In this document: positions 11,482 through 20,604 of the stretch, piece by piece
Numbering within the stretch: the first letter of the stretch is position 1
Layout of the letters: every line of letters begins with the position of its first letter
Assembly (NCBI GenBank): GCA_038059415.1
Contig: JBBTJN010000007.1
Span: forward strand, 1-54,473
Length of the DNA: 54,473 bases
Source: Elusimicrobiota bacterium
Lineage (GTDB): Bacteria > Elusimicrobiota > Elusimicrobia > UBA1565 > UBA9628
Direction of reading: 5' to 3'
Notes under the pieces: generated by a model
What the model was told of the DNA's origin: nothing
What the model saw: the letters and a program-made list of their open reading frames with translations, nothing else
The model's database searches: none
Position numbers and translations under genes: made by a program

Positions 11482-13272
11482 ATGATCACTGTCTTCCTGG
11501 CCGCCCTCCTCGCCGCACCATCCCATGCCGCCGCTCCCACCGTCAAACAGGCTCAGGCGTTCATGGACACGACCGAAGCGACGCTCGACGCGCTCGGCCG
11601 CCGCTCGGCCTTCGCCTCCTGGGTCCAGCAGACCGATATCAACTACTCCACCGAGTGGCTCGCCTCCGACGCCGACCTCGCCTACTCCTCCAAGGCCGCC
11701 GAGCTTGCCCATGCGGCACGCAAGTACGACAAGCTCGCTTTGCCCGCCGACCTCGCGCGCAAGTTCCTCGCCCTCAAGCTCACCGTGACCTCGCCCGCTC
11801 CGCCCGATCCCAAAGAACAAAAAGAGCTCTCCGACACCAAGGTCTGGCTCGATAGCACTTACGGCAAGGGCAAGTACTGCCCGGCCTCGACGACCACCTG
11901 CCTCACGCTCGACGCCATGTCCGACATCCTCAGAGACTCCCGTGATCCCAAGACGCTTCTCGAGATGTGGACCGGCTGGCGCACCATCTCCCCGGTCATG
12001 CGCCCGCGCTATCAGCGCTTCGTCGAACTCTCCAACAAGGGCTCCCGCGACCTGGGCTTTAAGGACACCGCCGACCAGTGGCGCTCCGGCTACGACATGA
12101 CGCCCGACGCGTTCGCCGCCGAGCTCGATCGCCAGTGGCTGGCGGTCAAGCCCCTCTATGAGGCGCTCCACGCCTACGTCCGCCGCCGCCTCACCGAAAA
12201 ATACGGCAAGGAGGCCATGGGCGAGGACGGCCTCATCCCCGAGCAGCTCACGGGCAACATGTGGGGCCAGTCCTGGGAGAACATCTACGACCTCGTCGCC
12301 CCCCCGAAGACTAAGCCCGCATTCGACCTCACCGAGCGCCTGAAGGCGGCCAAGCTCGACGAGAAAACCATGGTGCAGTACGGCGAGCGCTTCTTTACCT
12401 CGATGGGCTTTGATCCACTTCCTCCCACATTCTGGGAGCGCTCCATGCTTACCCGGCCCCGCGACCGCGAGGTCGTCTGCCATGCCTCGGCCTGGGACGT
12501 CGAGAACGGCCAGGACCTGCGCATCAAGATGTGCATCAAGATCAACGCCGATGACTTCGTGACCATCCACCACGAGCTCGGCCATAACTTTTATCAGCGC
12601 GCGTACGAGAAACAACCTTTCTTTTTCCGCGGTTCCGCCAACGACGGCTTCCATGAGGCCTTGGGCGACACCATAGCGCTCGCCGTGACGCCAGAATATC
12701 TCAAAGAGGTCAAGCTCATCGATACCGTCCCCGGTCCGGAGGGGGACATCGACCTGCTCCTCAAAATGGCGCTCGAGCGGGTGGCGTTTTTACCCTTCGG
12801 GCTCCTCGTCGACCAGTGGCGCTGGGGCGTGTTCTCGGGCAAGATCAAGCCGGAGAACTACAACCAGGCGTGGTGGGACCTCGTCAAAAAATATCAGGGC
12901 CTCAAGCCCCCGGTCGCCCGCTCCGAGGCCGACTTCGATCCGGGCGCCAAGTATCATATCCCGGGCAACACGCCTTACGCGCGCTACTTCCTGGCCCATA
13001 TCTACCAGTTCCAGTTCTACCGCGCCCTGTGCAAGCAGCACGGGCACACGGGGCCGCTGCATCGCTGCTCGTACTATGGCGACAAGGCCGCCGGCAAGCG
13101 CCTGGGCGACATGATGGCGCTGGGCTCGAGCCGGCCGTGGCCCGACGCCCTCGAGGCCGCGACGGGGCAGCGGCAGATGGACGCGACTGCGGTCCTCGAG
13201 TACTTCGCGCCGCTCAAGGCCTGGCTCGACGAGCAGAACAAGGGACAGAGCGTCGGATGGAAGGCGGACTGA
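11482..13272 (+). CDS. M2-family (angiotensin-converting-enzyme-like) peptidyl-dipeptidase, secreted
   Basis: Signal peptide MITVFLAALLAAPSHAAA, zinc motif HHELGHNFY and a downstream EALGD glutamate block. Confidence 0.8.
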   Translation: MITVFLAALLAAPSHAAAPTVKQAQAFMDTTEATLDALGRRSAFASWVQQTDINYSTEWLASDADLAYSSKAAELAHAARKYDKLALPADLARKFLALKLTVTSPAPPDPKEQKELSDTKVWLDSTYGKGKYCPASTTTCLTLDAMSDILRDSRDPKTLLEMWTGWRTISPVMRPRYQRFVELSNKGSRDLGFKDTADQWRSGYDMTPDAFAAELDRQWLAVKPLYEALHAYVRRRLTEKYGKEAMGEDGLIPEQLTGNMWGQSWENIYDLVAPPKTKPAFDLTERLKAAKLDEKTMVQYGERFFTSMGFDPLPPTFWERSMLTRPRDREVVCHASAWDVENGQDLRIKMCIKINADDFVTIHHELGHNFYQRAYEKQPFFFRGSANDGFHEALGDTIALAVTPEYLKEVKLIDTVPGPEGDIDLLLKMALERVAFLPFGLLVDQWRWGVFSGKIKPENYNQAWWDLVKKYQGLKPPVARSEADFDPGAKYHIPGNTPYARYFLAHIYQFQFYRALCKQHGHTGPLHRCSYYGDKAAGKRLGDMMALGSSRPWPDALEAATGQRQMDATAVLEYFAPLKAWLDEQNKGQSVGWKAD

Positions 13273-13317
13273 CGATCTGGGGTTGGAGATTGTGAAGTCA
13301 ATGTTGATGGAGCAGAC

Positions 13318-13836
13318 ATGAGGAACGTGTCGAAGAACTTCGTCGCGATCGACTTCGAGACCGCAGACCAAGGCCGCGACAGCGCCTGCGCGGTGGGCTT
13401 GGTCACGGTCGTCAACGGCAAGATCGTCAAGAGAGAGAGTCATCTGATCAGGCCGCCGAGAAGCGGGTTTATTTTCTCCTACATTCACGGCATCGAGTGG
13501 TCCCACGTGGCAACGAAGCCGACCTTCGCCGGGCTGTGGCCGAAGCTCAAGAAGAGCCTGGCGGGCGCGGATTATCTCGCGGCTCATAACGCCGGCTTCG
13601 ACAGCGGTGTCCTCAACGCTTGCTGCGCGGTGGCGGGCGTCAAGGTACCCGCGGTGCCATTCATCTGCACTGTTAAACTCGCCCGCAGAGCCTGGTCTAT
13701 CCATCCGACGAAACTTCCGGACGTCTGTCGACACCTAGGCCTCAAGCTCGACCACCATGACGCTCTATCCGACGCCGAGGCCTGCGCGAACATCGTCCTC
13801 GCGGCGGCCAGGGACGGGATTGTCCACGTAGGATGA
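13318..13836 (+). CDS. DEDDh 3'-5' exonuclease (DnaQ-like domain)
   Basis: ExoI VAIDFETAD, ExoII AHNAGFD and ExoIII HHDALSDAEA. Confidence 0.85.
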   Translation: MRNVSKNFVAIDFETADQGRDSACAVGLVTVVNGKIVKRESHLIRPPRSGFIFSYIHGIEWSHVATKPTFAGLWPKLKKSLAGADYLAAHNAGFDSGVLNACCAVAGVKVPAVPFICTVKLARRAWSIHPTKLPDVCRHLGLKLDHHDALSDAEACANIVLAAARDGIVHVG

Positions 13837-13852
13837 GAACAGGACTGCGAAT

Positions 13853-13930
13853 ATGAAATCCGCCGAAGGCATCGAGCCGCCCATCTGGCGACGCATTGAG
13901 GTGGCTGGCGACAGTAGCCTGAGAGGATGA
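13853..13930 (+). pseudogene. 25-codon remnant resembling the N-terminus of a pRiA4b ORF-3-like protein
   Basis: MKSAEGIEPPIWRRIEVAGDSSLRG*. The IEPPIWRR.V motif is characteristic of that family, whose members are normally much longer. Confidence 0.3.
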
Positions 13931-13955
13931 TTTGTAGCGTGCCAGGAGCTCATCT

Positions 13956-14636
13956 GTGAGAAAACTGGTCGAGGGCATTGTTCGCTTCCGCCGAGATATG
14001 CGCCCAGGCTATCGCGAGCAATTCGCTCACCTGGCGCTCGATCAGCGGCCGGACACCCTCTTTGTCGCTTGCTCCGACAGCCGTGTGGTGCCAAATACGT
14101 TCGCCTCTACTGATCCCGGCGACCTGTTCGTCGTGCGCAACCCGGGCAACATTATTCCTCCCGAGGAGTCCTCGCAGGTTCCCGCCGCGGCTGGCGCGGC
14201 GGCCGCCGTTGAGTTCGCCGTGCGCCGCCTGGGTGTGGCGGAAGCGGTCGTGTGCGGGCACTCCGACTGTGGGGTGATGAAGGCGATGGCTGCGGGCACG
14301 GAGGGGGACGCCGGCCCGCTGGCGGCCTGGCTGCGCGCGGCGGGCGACTCGCTACGCGAACTGGAGCGCCGCCCGCAACTCGCGCCGGAGAGGCCGCTGC
14401 ACGACCGGCTGGCGCAAGCCAACACGCTCGTGCAACTCGAGCACTTGAAGACCCACGCCGCCGTGCGTGAGGCCATCGTCGCCGGTCGCCTGCGCCTGCA
14501 CGCTTGGTGGTTCGACCTCGCCGGCGCCGACGTCCACGCATGGGAGCCGACCCTGGGGCGCTTCACGCTCATCGATGAGGCTGAGGCGGAGAGAATCTTC
14601 TCTCGCCTCGACGCCTCGCCCGAGTCCGACTTTTAA
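13956..14636 (+). CDS. Beta-class carbonic anhydrase
   Basis: Zinc ligand contexts VACSDSRV and VCGHSDCG. GTG start. Confidence 0.88.
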   Translation: MRKLVEGIVRFRRDMRPGYREQFAHLALDQRPDTLFVACSDSRVVPNTFASTDPGDLFVVRNPGNIIPPEESSQVPAAAGAAAAVEFAVRRLGVAEAVVCGHSDCGVMKAMAAGTEGDAGPLAAWLRAAGDSLRELERRPQLAPERPLHDRLAQANTLVQLEHLKTHAAVREAIVAGRLRLHAWWFDLAGADVHAWEPTLGRFTLIDEAEAERIFSRLDASPESDF

Positions 14637-14761
14637 TCCGGCAAGATTCTTGACCGATGCCGTTGACGTTTCTGGGCTGGTCAGACTTATCGTTAGAAAT
14701 ACCGGTAAAATTACATGGGACGAACGTCGGAACCGCAAACTCATTTAGGCGCCTAAAGTTC

Positions 14762-15886
14762 CTAAAGTCGCTGAAGACGTACAGTGTCGGGAGTATCACC
14801 CGTAACAGACGGACAGGAAAAATATTTCGCAGGGTCTATCCCTGCGCTGCGCAGGTCGGCAAAGACCTTCTGCACGCTGACACCTAGGCTGGAGTCGGTC
14901 CGGAATTTGTCCGCAGTGTTGCCGCTGGCGGTATGCAGGCCGATAAGGCGGCCTGTCTGGTCAAAAATGGGCCCTCCGCTTTTGCCGTGGTAAGCGTCGT
15001 TGTCGGAAAGAATGAGTTCTCCGGCGGCGATGCCCGGCTGGTAAATCTCATAGAAGACCGTCTGGCTCACGGAGTTGAGGGTCGCCAGCCAAGCGCTGGT
15101 CCGCAGGTCCGCAGCCTTGCGGCCGTAGGTCTCGACCAAGACCCCTCCGGGAGAAGAGGGCGCATTGTCGTCAGAGCGGAAGGCGGGCCCGGGGAAGCCC
15201 ATGTCCCACAATCGGGAACCCGCAGCCGGGGCGGTGGGTTGCGCCGGCACGCATGGGCTGGGATGATCGGTCTGGGTCTTGAGGATGGCCCAGTCGCCTG
15301 GTGCGATGTGCCGAATCTGTTCGATGAGATTAGGCTGCCTGGCGAGATCCGAAACGTCGGGAGAACTTGCGCGTGGCTTCAGGTATCCCCGGCCCGCAAC
15401 CACTAGGAAGGTCGGATAAGCTTCGGCCCTCATATTTGTGCGAACCGCATCGTAGGGGTTGGCGTCGCTCCCATGCTCAGTGAGCGTGAGCTGGGAGACG
15501 CTTCTGACTTGGGCGCGTTGCATATATGATTTGACGCAATGGGATGCGGTCAGGATATAGCCGCTGCGCGATATATACGTCCCAGTACAGCTTGTGAACC
15601 AGGAGTTAAGTTTAACTACAGACTTTTGGACATCGGCCGAGAACAAGGGTTGGTCTGGGGTCTGTCCCGGCGTGTAGAAGCCGGCGGCCGCGGGCATAAT
15701 GTTCCGTCTGAACCGGTCCCTGGACTCGGCACTCTGCCGGGTTGACTGAATTAAGACCTCTTGGACTTTCTGACTAAAATGGGCGTCTCCTATAACTCTG
15801 GATTCCTGAGCCTGGAGGGGCGCACAAGCCAAGAGCGCACTGATGAGCACGGTGGACATCGTACTGTTGTTTTTTATATTTTCCAT
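14762..15886 (-). CDS. Secreted trypsin-like (S1) serine protease
   Basis: Signal peptide, TASHCV (His) and GKSGGPIF (Ser). Confidence 0.8.
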   Translation of the reverse strand: MENIKNNSTMSTVLISALLACAPLQAQESRVIGDAHFSQKVQEVLIQSTRQSAESRDRFRRNIMPAAAGFYTPGQTPDQPLFSADVQKSVVKLNSWFTSCTGTYISRSGYILTASHCVKSYMQRAQVRSVSQLTLTEHGSDANPYDAVRTNMRAEAYPTFLVVAGRGYLKPRASSPDVSDLARQPNLIEQIRHIAPGDWAILKTQTDHPSPCVPAQPTAPAAGSRLWDMGFPGPAFRSDDNAPSSPGGVLVETYGRKAADLRTSAWLATLNSVSQTVFYEIYQPGIAAGELILSDNDAYHGKSGGPIFDQTGRLIGLHTASGNTADKFRTDSSLGVSVQKVFADLRSAGIDPAKYFSCPSVTGDTPDTVRLQRL

Positions 15887-16066
15887 CGATGTCGTTAGGA
15901 TAGGCGGCGCAAGCGCCCGACTCGAGGGGCAAACGGCACGTTTTTGGGGCCAGTAGACCTATGTTCCAATCCGGGTCCTTTGTGTCCCTGCGTGACACTA
16001 TGGCGACAAAGGCTGCAAACAGGCCATGGGGTGATTGCCGGAAAGACGTTCTAGTATAACGATTTT

Positions 16067-16105
16067 GGAGAGGTGGCCGAGCGGTTTAAGGCACCAGTCT
16101 TGAAA
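16067..16105 (+). repeat. attL: 39-nt stub identical to nt 1-39 of tRNA-Ser(UGA), not a functional tRNA
   Basis: GGAGAGGTGGCCGAGCGGTTTAAGGCACCAGTCTTGAAA is identical to 51230-51268. Similarity stops after the anticodon loop. Confidence 0.9.
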
Positions 16106-16191
16106 GCCGAACAGCCGTTGTCGGTCCCCGCTGTAGAAGCATTCTCCGTCTGAGATTCCCCATCTCAGTTTGCGTCTAATCGCTCGAGATT

Positions 16192-16230
16192 GCCCCAAAT
16201 CGCCCCAAGGTTCACACTGACATTCACACT
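16192..16230 (+). repeat. Left-arm repeats (GCCCCAA x2, GGTTCACACT, TTCACACT); candidate integrase arm-type sites
   Basis: CCCCAAGGTTCACACT (16203-16218) matches CCCCAAAGGTTCACACT at 51114-51130. Confidence 0.4.
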
Positions 16231-16285
16231 CAGTTGCCGCGCGTTCCCGGGAATCATCTTTATGCTGATGGGCTGGGACATAGTC

Positions 16286-17404
16286 TCAGGTGTTCCGTAG
16301 AGTCGAGTCGATGAAGTTTCTAGGCGTCCAACCTTGCGCCAGTTTCTTTAGGCCGAACTCGTCGAACATGGCGAGACCTGCGCCTACAGCAATTCCCGGT
16401 CCGCCTGTCACCGCGGCACCCACCGCGCTGCCTATGGCGATCTTCATTAGCTTAAAGCCCGTTGTCTCGAAGAAACCTTCCGGTTTCTGGAGAGCGTCGA
16501 GATACACTTTCGTGATGTCCTCAGCCCTTCCAGTCTGGGTAACATTCCAGAGCCACTCCCTGAGACGGACACTGCTTTCACGAGTGCGCAGATCGGGAAG
16601 CGCACTGAAACTTAAGGTGTTTTTTAAGAACGCGTTCTTAAGGCTGGGGACTCGCTCAATCTCCGCAATTCTATTGAACGCATCGCGCAATGCACTTTCG
16701 CGAGGCTCTGAGACGACAATAGCCTGACATACCATCCAAGGACGCTCGTCGTTGAGGAAGTCGTATCCATGCGTCGCGGCAACCTCGGCCTCAAGCGTGT
16801 CACTCGCTAATCCACAGAGTTTCCGGCGATCTTCAATCGGGAGATCTTCTAGTGTCTTGCCGTCGAGCCCGAATACGTCGAGAACATGCTGTTTATACAT
16901 CTCGTGGACCAAGCCGACAACGCGGTGTGAGAGCTTGTCGGACGGCAGTATGGTCCGGTCGGATATTTTCTTCGAGAGAGATGAACGCTCTGCATCGCTG
17001 AGGAGGCCGGGAAACCAATTCAATCCCAGGCGCGCTGATTCCGCTGGATCGCAGTGGGCTGGTGAACTGAGGGCACCGGCTTGAAGGGGCAATATCCCTT
17101 TGCCTCTGAAAGCATCATTGTCGTAGTACGTCACCGTTGGTCGCCAAAGCACGAACTCAATAGCCCCCTGTTCCAGAAGGGATTCGAATCCGCGGATGCC
17201 AAATACTTTAATCAGCTGAGCTGCGACAACATTCTCTCCATAGACTCTGAACGACACTTTGTCCGCGAGCATGAGCAGCTCAGCAGTCGTGCCGATAAGG
17301 TCCATTAGTTCCAGCGTGTAAAGGCGAGTGTCGAGCAGTTCTGTAGTCTTAAGGTACTTCGAAGCAAAGGCATCGTTCCGTTTGACCCAGATAGTCTTCG
17401 GCAT
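16286..17404 (-). CDS. Hypothetical protein with a Gly/Ala-rich hydrophobic C-terminal segment
   Basis: ATG at 17404 is preceded by GAGGG. C-terminal IAIGSAVGAAVTGGPGIAVGAGLAMF is glycine-zipper-like. The gene lies 91 nt downstream of HerA on the same strand. Confidence 0.55.
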   Translation of the reverse strand: MPKTIWVKRNDAFASKYLKTTELLDTRLYTLELMDLIGTTAELLMLADKVSFRVYGENVVAAQLIKVFGIRGFESLLEQGAIEFVLWRPTVTYYDNDAFRGKGILPLQAGALSSPAHCDPAESARLGLNWFPGLLSDAERSSLSKKISDRTILPSDKLSHRVVGLVHEMYKQHVLDVFGLDGKTLEDLPIEDRRKLCGLASDTLEAEVAATHGYDFLNDERPWMVCQAIVVSEPRESALRDAFNRIAEIERVPSLKNAFLKNTLSFSALPDLRTRESSVRLREWLWNVTQTGRAEDITKVYLDALQKPEGFFETTGFKLMKIAIGSAVGAAVTGGPGIAVGAGLAMFDEFGLKKLAQGWTPRNFIDSTLRNT

Positions 17405-17519
17405 GGCTGGCCCTCGATGGTGAGACAAGAAGCTATGCCCGCTCCGGGCGGGATAGGTGCGATCCAGCTAGGATACTTGGTCTCCGCGTTTGCTGCCAGC
17501 CCGTTATGGACAGAGCCTT

Positions 17520-19211
17520 CTAGCGTTCCTGGTCACGCCACCGTTTCACGATGGCGTCCACATCAAGGTCCGTTGGGCCGTCCTTCCACTGCGTATAGAA
17601 ATCCACATCGTCGCTGTTGGGCGTGGGGTTCGGTTTGTCGAACTGAAGTCGAGTCGGCAGTGGAACGGCTTCTCCGAGTACCAGGGCTTCACCCCGGCCT
17701 AAACCTGCCAGTACGCTAACCAAGTCTCCCTCGCTTTCGGGAACAAGGCTACGCACGTAGGCCTGGTCCTCAGGGTTGGTGATCCGCAGGCAGATGAATG
17801 TCCCGCATTGAGCGAGAACAGTATCGGAGACCTCGTGAGGTCGCTGACTGACCACCGCCAAGCCAACACCGTACTTGCGGCCCTCCTTAGCGATCCGTTC
17901 CATAGACTTCCGTGAGCCCGCAAACTGGCTCTCGCTTGCACGGGGGATATAGGCGTGAGCTTCTTCGCACATCAGGAGGATAGGGAACTCACGGTACTTT
18001 GGGTTCCAGTAGTTAAACTCGAACGCCAGCCGGCCAATCTGTGCCGCCACCGTAGGACGAACATCGAATGGCACCGAGGAGAGGTCGATCACGGTGACAG
18101 CTGATTTAGGAGTTCCAAGTCCTACAAAGTCCCGAAGCAGCGTTGCGAGAGATGCGGACCCATTGCGGACCATTGGTTTCAGCAGGAAGTCATAGCGAAC
18201 GTCGTTGAGTTTGCTGTCCAGCCGCATCAAGAAGTTGTCGAAGGCTCCGGTGAGGGGGCCTTTGATGGGCTTCCCAGTGCTCGCGCTGGGCTCTAACCCG
18301 TTCTTGGCCTCAATAGCTGCTCTCAACGCTGTCAGATCAAAATGAACCGGAGTGTCTATCGTTGTTCGTGCCAACCCGAGGCGCTTGCCCTCGGCGAGTC
18401 GCAGGGCTCCTAGTACTTCTCTGAATACCGCCGTCTGATTGTGGGCGCTGAAGTCGGTATGGTCGATTAGCAGATCGCAGAGCTCAGCGTACGTCATCAG
18501 CCAGTAAGGAATCTCAAGCTTGCGAGCATCTACGTGCCGGACGATCGTTTCAGCGAAGGCATAGTGTCGCGTGGCATCTCGTTCCCAGCAGTATTCCCCA
18601 TGAAGATCCAAGATGATTATGTGGGCACGCGGCATGACTGCTACAGTGCGCTGCACAAGGGAGGCGACGGTCCAAGATTTGCCTGACCCGGTCTGCCCCA
18701 GAATCGCAAAGTGCCGGCCAAACAGGTTTGTCGGATCAAGGCACACTTTGAGCGACGGGTGACTCGCAACTGTACCCACCGAGAAGCCTTTCGACTGGAA
18801 GCGTTCGAACATCTTGGCGATATCTAGGGACCCGATCGCGTGCACCTCGGCTCCGGTGGTTGGATACCGGCCGATGCCACGCTCAAACTGTCCATTGGCA
18901 AGTATCGACCCAATAGGCGCCAGCCTCGCTATCCGCTTTGCGTAGGGAAGCCTCGCCGTATCCTCGCCAGGCGTCTCGATCGTAGGTGCCGCGAGAGCTT
19001 CCTGTTCCGTCATGCGAGTCACGATCGCAATGATGTTGATATCGTTTTGGCGTATCGCGACGTAGGACCCAATCTGTCCAACAAGAATGTCCTCGTCACC
19101 GATCGTGATGGTGGGTGTACGCCCCTGGTCGTCTTCGGTCATCGAGGCAGTCATAAGACTGCCCTGCACATCGACGACGTAACCGATTATCGTAGTGGCT
19201 GACTCAGGCAT
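17520..19211 (-). CDS. herA: HerA-like (DUF87) ATPase/helicase of a SIR2-HerA defence pair
   Basis: Walker A GQTGSGKS and Walker B-type blocks IIILDLHGEY and LLMCEEAHAYIP. The start lies 3 nt after the SIR2 stop. Confidence 0.8.
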   Translation of the reverse strand: MPESATTIIGYVVDVQGSLMTASMTEDDQGRTPTITIGDEDILVGQIGSYVAIRQNDINIIAIVTRMTEQEALAAPTIETPGEDTARLPYAKRIARLAPIGSILANGQFERGIGRYPTTGAEVHAIGSLDIAKMFERFQSKGFSVGTVASHPSLKVCLDPTNLFGRHFAILGQTGSGKSWTVASLVQRTVAVMPRAHIIILDLHGEYCWERDATRHYAFAETIVRHVDARKLEIPYWLMTYAELCDLLIDHTDFSAHNQTAVFREVLGALRLAEGKRLGLARTTIDTPVHFDLTALRAAIEAKNGLEPSASTGKPIKGPLTGAFDNFLMRLDSKLNDVRYDFLLKPMVRNGSASLATLLRDFVGLGTPKSAVTVIDLSSVPFDVRPTVAAQIGRLAFEFNYWNPKYREFPILLMCEEAHAYIPRASESQFAGSRKSMERIAKEGRKYGVGLAVVSQRPHEVSDTVLAQCGTFICLRITNPEDQAYVRSLVPESEGDLVSVLAGLGRGEALVLGEAVPLPTRLQFDKPNPTPNSDDVDFYTQWKDGPTDLDVDAIVKRWRDQER

Positions 19212-19214
19212 GGT

Positions 19215-20243
19215 TCAAATCTCCTTGGCCAGGCGCTCGAAGCTCCAGAGATCGGCGTGCCCGGGACCAGTTCGGCCCTTCAACGAGCATTGTGTTTCGG
19301 TGACGATGATTACGTTTGTTTTGGTGCTCCATCGAGCCCAGGCAGCAGTTTCCAGGGCCTTGGTGAAGATCAGCACTGTGAAGTCCGTCCGTGCGAGGGC
19401 GGCCTCGATGACCGAGTTTACATGCTCATCCACGAAAGCGTATCCGATGCACACTAGTCGATTTATGGGGGTGGCGTTGTGCCCTAAACAACCACGAAAC
19501 GTAGACCATAGATTCGAGTATGGTGGGGTCATCGTATCGACAGCCTTCCGACGCTGAGGCGGAATCATGAGCCGTTTGGTGGAGGTGGGTGGGCCAGCAT
19601 CGAATCGAGACCGCCGAATGCCATTGGTCGGGCATTCATACCAGCCGAGTGAACCATGGAGCTTCAATAGATGGAGGGGCTTGACGGTTTCGTCAAACTG
19701 CTTGCCCTTATGTGTTCCTCGTATCCGCCCGACTCGCTCCTCAAACACGGCAGGATCGAAGAAGGAGTTCTCCGAGCCAAGAAAGCCATCGACAATGCGA
19801 ATCCGGGCGTGTGCTGCCGCTCGTTCAATGAGTGGATCATAGTTCAGGCTGAAGATCTTGGCGCACGGGTCAGCTCGCTGAGAGACTCGCCGAACGAACT
19901 CGCTGTGCAAGTCGAGAGAGGGTGTCTTGGTCATTAGCAGCTCTGCTAATGCTGCCGTCACCAGGTGACGATAGGGCGTGTCGTTCGCCCCGCCATCATC
20001 AAGCAAGTCAAGAGCGTGTTCGAGTCCACTCGCGCCGTTAGTTAGCTTGGCTTGGATCTCATCCCGCTTTGTGGTATCCGAGATTCGGTCCTTAATGAGA
20101 TTCCACAGTTGGAACGCAAGAGGGTATCCCGCACCGTTGAGGTATGAGGACCCTGCGCCAAGGAGATAGCCGACACGCTGAGACTTGAGTTGCTGAGCAA
20201 CCTTTGTCTCGAGGTCAGAAATGAAATCGGCTGCGGGGCTCAT
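19215..20243 (-). CDS. SIR2-family protein (SIR2_2 type), defence-associated
   Basis: GAGSS, SLNYDPLIE and KLHGSLGWY motifs. The start is placed at MSPAADF; the ORF is open to 20360, which would remove the promoter region. Confidence 0.8.
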   Translation of the reverse strand: MSPAADFISDLETKVAQQLKSQRVGYLLGAGSSYLNGAGYPLAFQLWNLIKDRISDTTKRDEIQAKLTNGASGLEHALDLLDDGGANDTPYRHLVTAALAELLMTKTPSLDLHSEFVRRVSQRADPCAKIFSLNYDPLIERAAAHARIRIVDGFLGSENSFFDPAVFEERVGRIRGTHKGKQFDETVKPLHLLKLHGSLGWYECPTNGIRRSRFDAGPPTSTKRLMIPPQRRKAVDTMTPPYSNLWSTFRGCLGHNATPINRLVCIGYAFVDEHVNSVIEAALARTDFTVLIFTKALETAAWARWSTKTNVIIVTETQCSLKGRTGPGHADLWSFERLAKEI

Positions 20244-20375
20244 TTTGTCGTGGCATCGAGGTGAGATTCTATCATTTACAATATTTTCGAGATTCGTCCG
20301 ACGAGAGCGGAGCGTCGCTATCGTATACATGGTGACAACAGCGCCGTCAAACGAGTACAATCTTCCCTAGAGAAG

Positions 20376-20594
20376 ATGGCTACCCAAATTCAATTGCCTC
20401 ACCCCACGGGCAAGGATTTCTACACCACGGTTCAAGTGGCAGAAGTTCTCGGGTACACGATTCAACATACTCGGTGGTTGATACGGACGAACCGGCTGAA
20501 CGCTGTTAAGGTCGGAAGAGACTGGTTAATTCCGCAGGCTGGAGTAGCGAGCTATCTTGCTGCCAGGGCCTCGGACAAACAGCCACGCCATTGA
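20376..20594 (+). CDS. Excisionase-family (HTH_17) DNA-binding protein, possible R-M controller
   Basis: YTTVQVAEVLGYTIQHTRWLIRTNRLNAVKVGRDWLIPQAGVASYL. Confidence 0.7.
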   Translation: MATQIQLPHPTGKDFYTTVQVAEVLGYTIQHTRWLIRTNRLNAVKVGRDWLIPQAGVASYLAARASDKQPRH

Positions 20595-20604
20595 GGAGAG
20601 AACT

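Noticed and set aside
11389-12654. N-terminal two thirds of the 667-aa minus-strand ORF 10651-12654
   Set aside because: It lies antisense to the well-supported M2 peptidase gene and has low-complexity Gly/Ala/Val/Glu-rich composition typical of high-GC shadow ORFs. Only the part from the internal ATG at 11388 is kept.
12790-13734. 314-aa minus-strand ORF
   Set aside because: It lies antisense to the M2 peptidase 3' end and the DEDDh exonuclease gene. It is Arg/Ala-rich and has no motifs.
16067-16105. The left tRNA-like sequence as a second tRNA gene
   Set aside because: Only the first 39 nt match. There is no anticodon-stem 3' strand, variable arm, T arm or acceptor 3' strand downstream.
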